DNA of 33,343 bases from Helicobacteraceae bacterium (GCA_024635885.1 JAGXIA010000090.1:1-33343), one strand, 5' to 3'; positions 9,130-27,765 are shown, counted from the first letter of the stretch. Made by a program: numbers and translations. Notes: generated by a model from the letters alone, not told the origin.

Positions 9130-9791
9130 TCTGCTAACTCTTTTATCTGGTTTTTTCTTATCTCTTTTTTCTTTCTGATGACTTCTGCCTCAAGAGATTT
9201 TTGAAGAGCATCTTGCTTCTCTTTATCGTTTTTTCTAATTCTTTTTATTTTTGCTTCTTCTAACTCTTTTGAAGTAACTCTAAGCTCACGACGATCTTCT
9301 CTCTTTTTTTGTAAGGCTTGATCTTCATCCATATATTCTTGAATGATTCCAGTAGCGTTTATATCATCACTATGTTCAAGGTAATAGTTTATAATATCAG
9401 ATTTATTTTTCTTCGTATCAATAAGTCCGCTATTCACCATTTGAGAAAACAGTAAATTATCTTCATTGTTCATTGAATACTCAAAGTTATTCTTAACGCT
9501 TCTAAGAAAAAAATCATTCATTTTTGCCAGTTCTCTCAATTCTCCTAAATAAGCTTTTTTATCAATATCTTTACTGCCTTTCTCAATTGAAAAACCATCA
9601 TTTTTGGCTTTATTAACATCAGCAATATACTTATTTATCTTATCTTCAAAAGAAGAAAATTTTTCTATTTGTTTTAATTTTTCTATTTTCTCAGCATTAT
9701 TATATATTGCATCTCCAAGTGTAGAATAAACTTGAGGATTTTGTGCGATTAAAAATGTTGATAATAGAAATAAAATAATAATTTTTTTCAC
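9126..9791 (-). CDS. Hypothetical exported protein with a charged helical C-terminus
   Basis: GTG start, Sec signal peptide MKKIIILFLLSTFLIA|QN, K/E/R-rich tail; TGcTATAAT extended -10 at 9830-9822. Confidence 0.8.
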   Translation of the reverse strand: MKKIIILFLLSTFLIAQNPQVYSTLGDAIYNNAEKIEKLKQIEKFSSFEDKINKYIADVNKAKNDGFSIEKGSKDIDKKAYLGELRELAKMNDFFLRSVKNNFEYSMNNEDNLLFSQMVNSGLIDTKKNKSDIINYYLEHSDDINATGIIQEYMDEDQALQKKREDRRELRVTSKELEEAKIKRIRKNDKEKQDALQKSLEAEVIRKKKEIRKNQIKELAD

Positions 9792-9852
9792 AATTACACC
9801 TATATATTTTTTATTTTTGAAATTATAGCAGATTATAATGATACAATTTCTT

Positions 9853-10086
9853 ATGATTAAGATATTTAAAATAGAACTTCTATATTTCTTTGCAATACTT
9901 CTTGTACTTACATTTATTCAACATCCGGATCTATTATCATCACCGTTTGCAAGAGTAACATTAATGCAAAAAAACGAGAACTACTTTCATCCTTTACTAT
10001 GGACTCTATCGGTTTACACTGTAGTAGGCATTTTTCGATTTATGTATAAATTAATTAGGGCAGTAAAAAATAAATTTGTAAAATAA
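9853..10086 (+). CDS. Small hypothetical membrane protein
   Basis: Two hydrophobic segments around QHPDLL; start probably ATG 9853 (track gives 9838). Confidence 0.7.
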   Translation: MIKIFKIELLYFFAILLVLTFIQHPDLLSSPFARVTLMQKNENYFHPLLWTLSVYTVVGIFRFMYKLIRAVKNKFVK

Positions 10087-10148
10087 CTCTCTATAATTAT
10101 CGTAAAAATTGTAATTTAATTGAAAAGTCTTGTAGTTAAATATGAGGA

Positions 10149-10177
10149 TTAAGTACTTCCGCTATGGAAGCACTTAA
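10149..10177 (-). terminator. Hairpin immediately after fusA (probable terminator or 3' stabiliser)
   Basis: UUAAGUGCUUCC-AUAGC-GGAAGUACUUAA, 12-bp stem with one G-U pair valid only on the minus strand; weak U-tract. Confidence 0.6.
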
Positions 10178-10181
10178 GTAG

Positions 10182-12269
10182 TTACCCGTTTCTTTTTTTC
10201 TGAATTTCTTCAGATACATTTTTTGGAACTTCTTCGTAATGGTGAAATTCCATAGAGTAAGTAGCTCTACCTTGAGTTGCAGAACGAAGGTCAGTTGAGT
10301 AACCAAACATTTCAGCAAGTGGAACAGATGCGTCAACAATTTTGTTACCTGAACGGTCACTCATATTGCTAATTTGACCACGACGACGGTTAAGGTCACC
10401 AATAACATCACCCATATAGTCTTCAGGAACTTCAACTTCAACTTTCATCATTGGCTCTAAGATAGCTGGTTTAGCTTTTCTACAAGCTTCTTTAAATCCC
10501 ATTGAAGCAGCAAGTTTAAATGCCATCTCATTCGAGTCAACATCATGGTATGAACCGTCATAAAGTGTAATATCCATATCTTCCATTGGGTAACCCGCAA
10601 GTACACCAGCAGCCATAGACTCTCTACAACCCTTTTCAACAGCAGGAATATACTCTTTCGGAATAGCTCCACCTTTGATATCATTATGAAATACAAAACC
10701 TGTACCAGCTTCACCAGGTGCAACTGTAAGATAAACGTGACCAAATGCACCACGTCCACCTGACTGTTTAGCATATTTATATTCTTGTTTAACTGTCTCT
10801 TTAATTGTTTCACGGTAAGAAACTTGTGGAGCACCTACTTCAGCATCAACAGAAAATTCTCTTTTCATTCTATCAACAAGAATTTCAAGGTGTAACTCAC
10901 CCATTCCTGAAATAATAGTTTGACCTGTCTCTTCATCAGTAGCAACTCTAAAAGATGGATCTTCAGCAGCTAGTTTACTAAGTGCGACACCCATTTTTTC
11001 TTGGTCGGCTTTAGTTTTTGGTTCAACTGCAACAGAGATAACTGGTTCTGGGAAGTCCATTCTTTCAAGAACAACTTTTTCACCAATAACTAAAGTATCA
11101 CCAGTTGTAGTCGATTTCAGACCAACAACCGCACCGATTTCACCAGCATAAATTTCTTTAACTTCTTCACGCTTGATAGCATGCATTTTCACAATACGTC
11201 CGATTCTCTCTTTTTTGTCTTTAGTAGTATTATGAACGAATGAACCTGCTTCTAGTGAACCACGGTAAACACGAATAAAAGTTAGTACTCCAACAAATGG
11301 ATCTGTCATTATTTTAAATGCCAAAGCTGCAAAATCACCCTCATTTGTAGATGGAACCGCTACATGAACTTCTTCATCATCCATCATCGAGCCAGTAATC
11401 GGGGCACACTCTGTTGGCGAAGGTAAGTATGCAAGAACAGCGTCTAGCAAAGTCTGAATACCTTTGTTTTTAAACGCTGTACCACAAGTCATAGGAACAA
11501 TTGCCATACCTAGAGTAGCGGCTTTAATAGCTGCTGTAATTTCTGCTTCTGAAATTTCTTCACCCTCTAAGAATTTTTCTGCAAATTCTTCATTACCATC
11601 AACTTCAGAAATAGACTCAAGCATTTTTTCTCTATATTCTTCAGCTTTATCTTGTAAATTAGCAGGAATCTTTTCTACATGGTAATTAGAACCCATAGCA
11701 GCATCTTTATCCCATACAATTGCATTCATAGTAACAAGGTCTACAACACCGTCAAATTCAGCTTCAGCACCGATTGGAATTTGAATAGGAACCGGATTAC
11801 CTTTTAGACGGTCACGAATTTGACGCTCAACTTCATAAAAGTCTGCACCAGTTCTGTCCATTTTGTTAACAAAAACAACTGATGGAACTTTATAACGATT
11901 TCTTTGTCTCCAAACTGTTTCGGATTGAGGTTGAACACCACCAACAGCACAGAATACTGAAACAGCACCATCAAGAACACGCATAGAACGTTCAACTTCA
12001 ATAGTGAAGTCAACGTGACCCGGAGTATCGATAATATTTATCTGTACACCTTCCCACTCACAAGTTGTTGCAGCAGAAGTAATTGTAATACCTCTTTCTT
12101 GCTCTTGTTCCATCCAGTCCATAGTAGCAGCACCATCATGTACCTCACCTATTTTATGCTCACGCCCTGTATAGAATAAAATTCTTTCTGTTGCAGTTGT
12201 TTTACCAGCATCAATATGTGCAGCAATACCGATATTTCTTACGTCTTCTAATTTGTGACTTCTTGCCAT
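10182..12269 (-). CDS. fusA: Elongation factor G
   Basis: [30 protein letters not shown]. Confidence 0.99.
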   Translation of the reverse strand: MARSHKLEDVRNIGIAAHIDAGKTTATERILFYTGREHKIGEVHDGAATMDWMEQEQERGITITSAATTCEWEGVQINIIDTPGHVDFTIEVERSMRVLDGAVSVFCAVGGVQPQSETVWRQRNRYKVPSVVFVNKMDRTGADFYEVERQIRDRLKGNPVPIQIPIGAEAEFDGVVDLVTMNAIVWDKDAAMGSNYHVEKIPANLQDKAEEYREKMLESISEVDGNEEFAEKFLEGEEISEAEITAAIKAATLGMAIVPMTCGTAFKNKGIQTLLDAVLAYLPSPTECAPITGSMMDDEEVHVAVPSTNEGDFAALAFKIMTDPFVGVLTFIRVYRGSLEAGSFVHNTTKDKKERIGRIVKMHAIKREEVKEIYAGEIGAVVGLKSTTTGDTLVIGEKVVLERMDFPEPVISVAVEPKTKADQEKMGVALSKLAAEDPSFRVATDEETGQTIISGMGELHLEILVDRMKREFSVDAEVGAPQVSYRETIKETVKQEYKYAKQSGGRGAFGHVYLTVAPGEAGTGFVFHNDIKGGAIPKEYIPAVEKGCRESMAAGVLAGYPMEDMDITLYDGSYHDVDSNEMAFKLAASMGFKEACRKAKPAILEPMMKVEVEVPEDYMGDVIGDLNRRRGQISNMSDRSGNKIVDASVPLAEMFGYSTDLRSATQGRATYSMEFHHYEEVPKNVSEEIQKKRNG

Positions 12270-12301
12270 GTTTAGTACCTTGTTTAATTAGTTGAGAGAT
12301 A

Positions 12302-12450
12302 ACCTCTTTTATAAATAAAATTTATTTACTTACAAAAGAGGTGATTCCAAAAATGTTTCCATTCTTGTAAAAAGTTTGTTAACAAACTTGAGCCTTACGC
12401 TGAGTAAACCCAGTGTTAACGTAGGTAAGGGAAACTAGTTCCCTTAACCT
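12302..12450. repeat. Cluster of inverted repeats in the rpsG-fusA spacer
   Basis: Bulged IR 12302-12342; perfect 18-bp palindrome AAGTTTGTTAACAAACTT 12372-12389; GTAG-led hairpin 12421-12450. Confidence 0.7.
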
Positions 12451-12463
12451 TAAAAGTATAATA

Positions 12464-12946
<483 letters not shown>

Positions 12947-13031
12947 TCAATTTTTTCAAATTTACTCAAAACTTATAAAAAGTCCTGTGCTAGCTTGAGC
13001 ATATTTTTTCAATAAATTTCTATTACAGAAA

Positions 13032-13409
13032 TTATTTAACTTTTGGCTTTTTAGTACCATATTTAGAACGTGCAACAGTACGGTTAGCAACACCTGCAGT
13101 ATCTAATGCACCACGAACGATATGATACTTAACACCAGGTAAATCTTTAATACGACCGCCACGAACTAGAACTATCGAGTGCTCTTGAAGGTTATGACCT
13201 TCACCACCGATATAAGATATAACTTCAAAACCTGAAGTCAAACGAACCTTTGCAACTTTTCTTAAAGCCGAGTTAGGTTTTTTTGGTGTAGTCGTATAAA
13301 CACGAGTACATACACCACGACGCTGTGGACATGAAACTAGAGCTGGTGATTTTGATTTTTTAATCACACGTTTACGCTCATTACGAATCAGTTGATTGAT
13401 TGTAGGCAT
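13032..13409 (-). CDS. rpsL: 30S ribosomal protein S12
   Basis: [27 protein letters not shown]. Confidence 0.99.
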   Translation of the reverse strand: MPTINQLIRNERKRVIKKSKSPALVSCPQRRGVCTRVYTTTPKKPNSALRKVAKVRLTSGFEVISYIGGEGHNLQEHSIVLVRGGRIKDLPGVKYHIVRGALDTAGVANRTVARSKYGTKKPKVK

Positions 13410-13567
13410 ACAATTCCTTTTACTTAAATTTCCAGTAGAATTTAACTCCCTAATTGTTTAGAGAATTATAGACACGTGATAGTACACAAACTGTAATTAA
13501 AGTTAGCTTATTTTAAGTATGAATTAATATTTATAATTTGTAATGGGAAGTTTTGTAGATTTACTCA

Positions 13568-13597
13568 GTTGGCATGTGGAAGTTTCCACATGCCAAC
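13568..13597 (-). terminator. 14-bp perfect inverted repeat after rpoC
   Basis: GTTGGCATGTGGAA-GT-TTCCACATGCCAAC, 18 nt past the rpoC stop; no U-tract. Confidence 0.6.
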
Positions 13598-13615
13598 CCG
13601 ATTAAGAATTAAAGA

Positions 13616-22277
<8,662 letters not shown>

Positions 22278-22382
22278 CTACCTCGATAAGTTGTTTGTTA
22301 GGGCTTAATCTTATTTGATTAAGAGTATCATATCTAGACGTCTCTAGATAGATTTATAGTATTGTGCTTATAAACGACATAA

Positions 22383-22426
22383 GGGCACTTTTACAACATG
22401 ACCTAAATCACATCGTAAAAGCGCCC
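22383..22426 (-). promoter_or_regulatory. 20-bp RNA hairpin in the rplL-rpoB spacer (possible processing site)
   Basis: GGGCGCUUUUACGAUGUGAU-UUAG-GUCAUGUUGUAAAAGUGCCC pairs fully only on the minus strand, via G-U pairs. Confidence 0.6.
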
Positions 22427-22429
22427 AGA

Positions 22430-22468
22430 AAATCAAAAACTACACAGAAAAAAATCTTTTTCTATGTA
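22430..22468 (-). terminator. Attenuator/terminator between rplL and rpoB
   Basis: UACAUAGAAAAA-GAUU-UUUUUCUGUGUA followed by GUUUUUGAUUU. Confidence 0.6.
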
Positions 22469-22486
22469 ATTTTTTAAGTGTAGAAA

Positions 22487-22858
22487 TTATTTAATTTCTA
22501 CAGTTGCACCAGCTTCTTCAAGATCTTTTTTAGCAGCTTCAGCAGTTTCTTTATCAACACCCTCTTTAATTGTAGAAGGTAATGCTTCAGTTGCTTCTTT
22601 CGCTTCTTTCAAGCCAAGGCCAGTAAGTGCACGAACAGCTTTAATAACACCAATTTTCTTAGCGCCAGCATCAGTTAAAATAACATTGAATTCAGTTTGT
22701 TCAGAAGCAGCTTCGCCACCAGCAGCAGCACCACCAGCCATTGCAACAGGCTGAGCAGATACACCAAATTTTTCTTCAAACTCTTTTACTAATTCAGAAA
22801 GTTCTAATACAGAAAGTCCTGAGATAAATTCTAATACGTCTTCTTTAGTTACAGCCAT
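22487..22858 (-). CDS. rplL: 50S ribosomal protein L7/L12
   Basis: [29 protein letters not shown]; start ATG 22858 after AAGGAG. Confidence 0.99.
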   Translation of the reverse strand: MAVTKEDVLEFISGLSVLELSELVKEFEEKFGVSAQPVAMAGGAAAGGEAASEQTEFNVILTDAGAKKIGVIKAVRALTGLGLKEAKEATEALPSTIKEGVDKETAEAAKKDLEEAGATVEIK

Positions 22859-22918
22859 TTCTAGCTCCTTATATATCATTTATTTTGTTAAATTGTTCAC
22901 TCTTAAAAGAAGTGAAGA

Positions 22919-23401
22919 CTAAGCTTCTTCTTCTAACTTTCTTCTTAAAGCATCGATTCCAACTACCATATTCGTGATTGGAGCCATCCAAGTAGCAGCA
23001 AGCATACCAAGAAGTTCTTCACGACCTGGAAGTTTAGCGAACGCTTCAATTTTAGCTATGTCTGCAGGTTCTTTATCTAGATAACCAGCTTTAAGTACAA
23101 ATTTTTCATTAGTTTTAGCAAAATCAGCAGCTATTTTAGCAGCGCCGATAACATCATCAGACCAAATAAAAATATTTGTATCTTTGATCTCAATACCAGT
23201 CATACCAGCATTTTTCAATGCGATAAAAGCTAATGTATTTTTTACAACCTGAACACTTGTGTCCTTTGCTTTAGCAGATTTACGTAACTCTTCAAGTTGA
23301 CTTACTGTCAAACCTTTATAATCACATATAACAACTGCAGTTGTATTAGCAAATGAAGTAGTTAATTGCTCAATTACTTCAGCTTTTTCAGATTTAAGCA
23401 T
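22919..23401 (-). CDS. rplJ: 50S ribosomal protein L10
   Basis: DYKGLTV, VVKNTL, LPGREELL; start ATG 23401 after AAGGAG. Confidence 0.98.
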   Translation of the reverse strand: MLKSEKAEVIEQLTTSFANTTAVVICDYKGLTVSQLEELRKSAKAKDTSVQVVKNTLAFIALKNAGMTGIEIKDTNIFIWSDDVIGAAKIAADFAKTNEKFVLKAGYLDKEPADIAKIEAFAKLPGREELLGMLAATWMAPITNMVVGIDALRRKLEEEA

Positions 23402-23415
23402 ATATTTCTCCTTTC

Positions 23416-23496
23416 TAGACATAACTTCAAGCGGGGAGGGAAAGGCCAATTAAGCTCACTACCGACTCGGTAGATACCCCTACTATCTTTAGTCCA
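23416..23496 (-). promoter_or_regulatory. L10 leader (rplJL autoregulatory RNA)
   Basis: AAGAUAGUAGGGG...CUUAA...CCCCGCUUGAAG layout typical of L10 leaders, directly upstream of the rplJ RBS; not tested with a covariance model. Confidence 0.7.
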
Positions 23497-23527
23497 AATA
23501 ATTCAGATTTTTATTTCATTAAAAATC

Positions 23528-23599
23528 TTTACTTAAAGATAATACTATCTTAAAGTAAAAACTTCTATACATAAATTCATCAAGAAAACTTGATGAATT
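23528..23599. repeat. Two tandem inverted repeats after rplA
   Basis: TTTACTTAAAGATA-atac-TATCTTAAAGTAAA (23528-23559, one mismatch) and AATTCATCAAG-aaaa-CTTGATGAATT (23574-23599, perfect). Confidence 0.7.
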
Positions 23600-23606
23600 C
23601 ATTAAT

Positions 23607-24299
23607 TTATTTAATGTCTGCTAATGCCATAACATCAAGTTTTACAGCAGGACTCATAGTTAATGAAAGTGCAGCATTTTTCATATAACGACCCTTAGCA
23701 GATGATGGTTTTTGCTTATTTATAGCAGCCACGAAAGAGTTTAAATTTTCTATTATTTTATTTGAATCAAAACTTACTTTACCGATTCCAGCATGAATAT
23801 TACCTTTTTTATCAACACGGAAAGTAACTTGTCCACCTTTTACATTCTTAACTGCAGTAGCAACATCTGGAGTAACTGTACCAGTTTTAGGGTTAGGCAT
23901 TAGACCTTTTGGCCCTAAAATACGACCTATTTGTCCAACAAGACCCATACAGTCTGGTGCAGCAACAACAACATCAAAGTTAAAGATACCTTCTTTAATT
24001 TGTGCAACTAAATCATCTGTACCAACTATATCAGCACCGGCTGCTTTAGCTTCATCAGCTTTTACACCCTTAGCAAATACTGCAACACGAACTGTTTTAC
24101 CAGTACCATGTGGTAAAACTACCGCACCACGAACCATTTGGTCAGCATGTCTTGGATCAACATTCAAATTCATTGCTATTTCAACTGTTTCGTCGAATTT
24201 TGCACTTTTTAAATCTCTAATAGTTGTGACTGCTTCATCAACACTATATACTTTTGTATTATCGAATTTCTCTACTAATTGTTTATATCTTTTACTCAT
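23607..24299 (-). CDS. rplA: 50S ribosomal protein L1
   Basis: [28 protein letters not shown]; start ATG 24299 after AGGAG. Confidence 0.99.
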   Translation of the reverse strand: MSKRYKQLVEKFDNTKVYSVDEAVTTIRDLKSAKFDETVEIAMNLNVDPRHADQMVRGAVVLPHGTGKTVRVAVFAKGVKADEAKAAGADIVGTDDLVAQIKEGIFNFDVVVAAPDCMGLVGQIGRILGPKGLMPNPKTGTVTPDVATAVKNVKGGQVTFRVDKKGNIHAGIGKVSFDSNKIIENLNSFVAAINKQKPSSAKGRYMKNAALSLTMSPAVKLDVMALADIK

Positions 24300-24368
24300 A
24301 TTCAAATCTCCTATAAATTCTGCCACATTATTTAAAATCACTGTGGTCGGTGATTGTATTTATAAATA

Positions 24369-24794
24369 CTAGTCTACTACTTCTATACCAATTGAACGAG
24401 CTGAACCAGCTATTGTATTAGCTGCATTTTCAATATTATCAGTGTTTAAATCCTGAATTTTTTGATTAACAACTTCCATTAATTGAGCACGAGTGATTTT
24501 TCCAACTTTGTTTTTAAGAGGATTATCAGTACCTTTTTTAAGTCCTGCTGCTTTCATTAAAAGTGCAGATGCTGGTGGTTGTTTTGTTATAAAAGAAAAA
24601 CTTTTGTCACTGTAAACAGTAATTATAACAGGAACTTTGAATCCCATCTGTGCTTTTGTTTTTTCATTGAATGCCTTACAGAATTCCATGATATTTACAC
24701 CACGTTGTCCTAGTGCTGGTCCAACTGGTGGAGCTGGGTTAGCAGCACCAGCTTGTATTTGTAGCTTTATGTAGCCTGCGACTTTTTTTGCCAT
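24369..24794 (-). CDS. rplK: 50S ribosomal protein L11
   Basis: [26 protein letters not shown]. Confidence 0.99.
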   Translation of the reverse strand: MAKKVAGYIKLQIQAGAANPAPPVGPALGQRGVNIMEFCKAFNEKTKAQMGFKVPVIITVYSDKSFSFITKQPPASALLMKAAGLKKGTDNPLKNKVGKITRAQLMEVVNQKIQDLNTDNIENAANTIAGSARSIGIEVVD

Positions 24795-24813
24795 TGTATT
24801 TCCTTTTTTTTAA

Positions 24814-25341
24814 TTAAATTATTTTTTCTACTTGTGTATATGAAATATCCACAGGTGTCGCTCTACCAAAGATTGAAACATTTAGTTTAAGTGTTCCATG
24901 CTCTAAGTCATACTCATCAACCGTTGCAGTAAAGTTTGCAAATGGTCCGTCTACTATACGAACAGTTTCACCACTGTCAAAGAATACCTTTGGCTTAGGT
25001 GCGGCACGATTGTTTACACGATCTAAAATTACATTAATATCATGCTCGCTTAATGGAGTAGGTGTATTTGCTTCACCAATAAAACCTGATACTTTTGGTA
25101 ATGACTGAATTAAATGTTGTACTTCAGTATTTAAATCTATTTTAGCAAACACATAGCCTGAATAAAGAGATCTTTCTGTAATCTTTTTTTTGCCATCTTT
25201 CACTTCTATAACGTCTTCAGTTGGAACTATTACTTCTTCAATAAAATCTTGTAATCCCATCTCTTCAATCATATTTAAAATAGCTAAACGAACAACTCTT
25301 TCATTTCCGTAGGTTTGAATAGAGTACCATTGATGTGCCAT
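24814..25341 (-). CDS. nusG: Transcription termination/antitermination factor NusG
   Basis: NGN domain, KOW motif VRIVDGPFANF, VSIFGRATPV. Confidence 0.99.
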   Translation of the reverse strand: MAHQWYSIQTYGNERVVRLAILNMIEEMGLQDFIEEVIVPTEDVIEVKDGKKKITERSLYSGYVFAKIDLNTEVQHLIQSLPKVSGFIGEANTPTPLSEHDINVILDRVNNRAAPKPKVFFDSGETVRIVDGPFANFTATVDEYDLEHGTLKLNVSIFGRATPVDISYTQVEKII

Positions 25342-25352
25342 ATAAACTCTCC

Positions 25353-25532
25353 TTAACCTAATATTGCTGACATAACAGATGACATAAGTAAGTCAACTAA
25401 AGCCAAAAAAGCAGCTATTACAGCAACTACTATCACTACTGATATGTATGCCTGCTTAACCTGACCCTTAGTTGGAAAGATAACTTTTGTTAATTCTGCT
25501 TTTGCATTTTTAATATGTGTATTTAAATTCAT
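25353..25532 (-). CDS. secE: Preprotein translocase subunit SecE (59 aa)
   Basis: Not in the ORF track; hand translation MNLNTHIKNAKAELTKVIFPTKGQVKQAYISVVIVVAVIAAFLALVDLLMSSVMSAILG; ELxKVxFP plus one TM; upstream of nusG. Confidence 0.95.
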   Translation of the reverse strand: MNLNTHIKNAKAELTKVIFPTKGQVKQAYISVVIVVAVIAAFLALVDLLMSSVMSAILG

Positions 25533-25595
25533 TTATTCTTTCCCAAATTACATTGATTATAAATAAAGCTCTAAAGCCGTACTTATAATAAATGG

Positions 25596-25671
25596 TGGCA
25601 GGCGTGGAGAGACTCGAACTCCCAGCACCCGGATTTGGAATCCGGTGCTCTACCATTGGAGCTACACGCCT
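25596..25671 (-). tRNA. tRNA-Trp (CCA)
   Basis: 76-nt cloverleaf, anticodon arm CCGGA-TTCCAAA-TCCGG, encoded CCA end. Confidence 0.97.
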
Positions 25672-25697
25672 AAAAAAACTAACCCTAAGGTTAGTTT
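25672..25697 (-). terminator. Terminator-like hairpin between rpmG and tRNA-Trp
   Basis: CUAACC-UUAG-GGUUAG followed by U7, abutting the tRNA 5' end. Confidence 0.5.
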
Positions 25698-25706
25698 AAA
25701 GTCATA

Positions 25707-25859
25707 TTATAACTTCATTTCTTTGTGAACAGTATGCTCACGACAAAATTTACAATATTTCGTTACTGAAAATTTTTCAGTATGTGTTTTTTTATTTTTG
25801 CTAGTGTGATAGTTACGACGAGTACACTTCTCACATCCTAGATGTATTGTTTCACGCAT
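25707..25859 (-). CDS. rpmG: 50S ribosomal protein L33 (50 aa, CxxC...CxxC type)
   Basis: Not in the ORF track; hand translation MRETIHLGCEKCTRRNYHTSKNKKTHTEKFSVTKYCKFCREHTVHKEMKL. Confidence 0.97.
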   Translation of the reverse strand: MRETIHLGCEKCTRRNYHTSKNKKTHTEKFSVTKYCKFCREHTVHKEMKL

Positions 25860-25904
25860 TTCTTAACCTTTTATATGATCAATGATAATTAGCACAAAGG
25901 CTAA

Positions 25905-27104
25905 TTATGCAAGAATCTCAGCTACAACACCAGCACCAACAGTTCTTCCACCCTCACGGATTGCGAACTTAGTACCTTTTTCCATAGCGATTGGATGAAT
26001 TAATTCAACAGTAATACTTACGTTATCACCTGGCATAACCATTTCAGTACCTTCTGGTAAAGTGATTGCACCTGTAACATCTGTTGTACGAACATAGAAT
26101 TGTGGACGATAGTTTGTGAAGAATGGAGTATGACGACCACCCTCATCTTTACTTAATACATAGATTTCAGCTGAAAACTTAGTATGAGGAGTAATAGTAC
26201 CTGGCTTACAAAGTACTTGACCACGCTCAACATCATCTTTAGCGATACCACGAACTAGAACACCACAGTTATCACCAGCAAGAGCTTCTGTCATTTCTTT
26301 ACGGAACATTTCAATACCAGTTACAGTTGTAGCTTGAGTATCTCTGATTCCAACGATTTGAATAGCTTCACCAATTTTAACAGTTCCACGCTCGATACGA
26401 CCTGTAACAACTGTTCCACGGCCAGAAATTGAAAAAACATCTTCAACAGGCATTAAGAAATCTTTGTCAGTCTCACGAACTGGTTCAGGAATAAACTCAT
26501 CAACAGTTTTCATTAGTTGTTGAACTTTAGCTGACCATGGCCCAAGATTACCAGTTTTAGCTTCAGCAAGTGCCATTGTTGCAGAACCTGCAGTAATTGG
26601 AGTATCATCACCTGGGAAATCATACATATCTAAAAGTTCACGAATTTCCATCTCAACTAGTTCAAGAAGTTCTTCATCGTCAACCATGTCTTCTTTATTC
26701 ATGAAAACAACCATGGCAGGAACACCAATTTGCTTAGATAAAAGAATATGCTCACGAGTTTGTGGCATTGGGCCATCTGCTGCAGAAACAACTAAAATAG
26801 CACCGTCCATTTGAGCAGCACCAGTAATCATGTTCTTAACATAATCCGCGTGACCTGGACAGTCTACGTGTGCATAGTGACGAGCATCTGTTTCGTACTC
26901 AACATGTGAAGTAGCGATAGTAATACCACGCTCTCTTTCTTCAGGTGCATTATCGATTGCATCGTAATCCATAAGTGCTGCACCGTTAGTTACTGCTAGT
27001 ACTGCAGTAATTGCTGCTGTTAATGTTGTCTTACCATGATCTACGTGACCAATAGTACCTATGTTTACATGCGGTTTATTACGCTCAAACTTTTCTTTTG
27101 CCAT
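25905..27104 (-). CDS. tuf: Elongation factor Tu
   Basis: [29 protein letters not shown]. Confidence 0.99.
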   Translation of the reverse strand: MAKEKFERNKPHVNIGTIGHVDHGKTTLTAAITAVLAVTNGAALMDYDAIDNAPEERERGITIATSHVEYETDARHYAHVDCPGHADYVKNMITGAAQMDGAILVVSAADGPMPQTREHILLSKQIGVPAMVVFMNKEDMVDDEELLELVEMEIRELLDMYDFPGDDTPITAGSATMALAEAKTGNLGPWSAKVQQLMKTVDEFIPEPVRETDKDFLMPVEDVFSISGRGTVVTGRIERGTVKIGEAIQIVGIRDTQATTVTGIEMFRKEMTEALAGDNCGVLVRGIAKDDVERGQVLCKPGTITPHTKFSAEIYVLSKDEGGRHTPFFTNYRPQFYVRTTDVTGAITLPEGTEMVMPGDNVSITVELIHPIAMEKGTKFAIREGGRTVGAGVVAEILA

Positions 27105-27139
27105 AGTGTCCTCCGACTTTTTTTATGAATTGAAACGGG

Positions 27140-27172
27140 ATTGTACCCAAAAATCATTCAATTATTGCTTAA
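27140..27172 (-). promoter_or_regulatory. Candidate internal sigma-70 promoter for tuf
   Basis: TTAAGC ... TACAAT, -10 box about 35 nt upstream of the tuf ATG. Confidence 0.5.
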
Positions 27173-27203
27173 TCATACGAATAAATTAAATATATATACT
27201 TGA

Positions 27204-27278
<75 letters not shown>

Positions 27279-27415
27279 ATACAGATGTATATATGACAAA
27301 CAATAATTGAATAATTCTTTTTCTTAATATTAGTAATTGGTGTGTAGATATATATAAATATATATAGTTGTATGAAGTAGATAAAAAATTGTACTTCAGC
27401 TTCCAAAATATTCAA

Positions 27416-27492
27416 TGGAGCGGGTGAAGGGACTCGAACCCTCGACCCTCAGCTTGGAAGGCTGACGCTCTAGCCAACTGAGCTACGCCCGC
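27416..27492 (-). tRNA. tRNA-Gly (TCC)
   Basis: Cloverleaf, anticodon arm TCAGC-CTTCCAA-GCTGA, CCA end. Confidence 0.96.
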
Positions 27493-27505
27493 ATGTGCCA
27501 TTGAA

Positions 27506-27590
27506 TGGTGGTGAGAAGAGGAGTCGAACCTCTGAACCCGTAGGGAGCGGATTTACAGTCCGCCGTCGTTGGCCACTTGACTATCTCACC
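27506..27590 (-). tRNA. tRNA-Tyr (GTA)
   Basis: 85 nt with long variable arm, anticodon arm GCGGA-CTGTAAA-TCCGC, CCA end. Confidence 0.97.
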
Positions 27591-27633
27591 ATTTATATTT
27601 GGTCTAACACTGTTTCTAATATTCAAATTTCAA

Positions 27634-27710
27634 TGGTGCCGACACGAGGATTTGAACCCCGGGCCTGCTGATTACAAATCAGCTGCTCTAGCCAACTGAG
27701 CTATGTCGGC
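27634..27710 (-). tRNA. tRNA-Thr (TGT)
   Basis: Cloverleaf, anticodon arm GCTGA-TTTGTAA-TCAGC, CCA end. Confidence 0.97.
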
Positions 27711-27727
27711 ATCGAAATTGAGCCAGA

Positions 27728-27756
27728 ATTATAGTCGATTATATTTTCTATGTCAA
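27728..27756 (-). promoter_or_regulatory. Consensus sigma-70 promoter of the tRNA-tuf operon
   Basis: TTGACA-N17-TATAAT, 17 nt upstream of tRNA-Thr(TGT). Confidence 0.9.
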
Positions 27757-27765
27757 GTGTATTTT

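Noticed and set aside
25593-25598. CCACCA at the 3' end of tRNA-Trp as a degradation tag
   Set aside because: The second CCA is genomic trailer that normal 3' trimming would remove; the acceptor stem is perfectly paired
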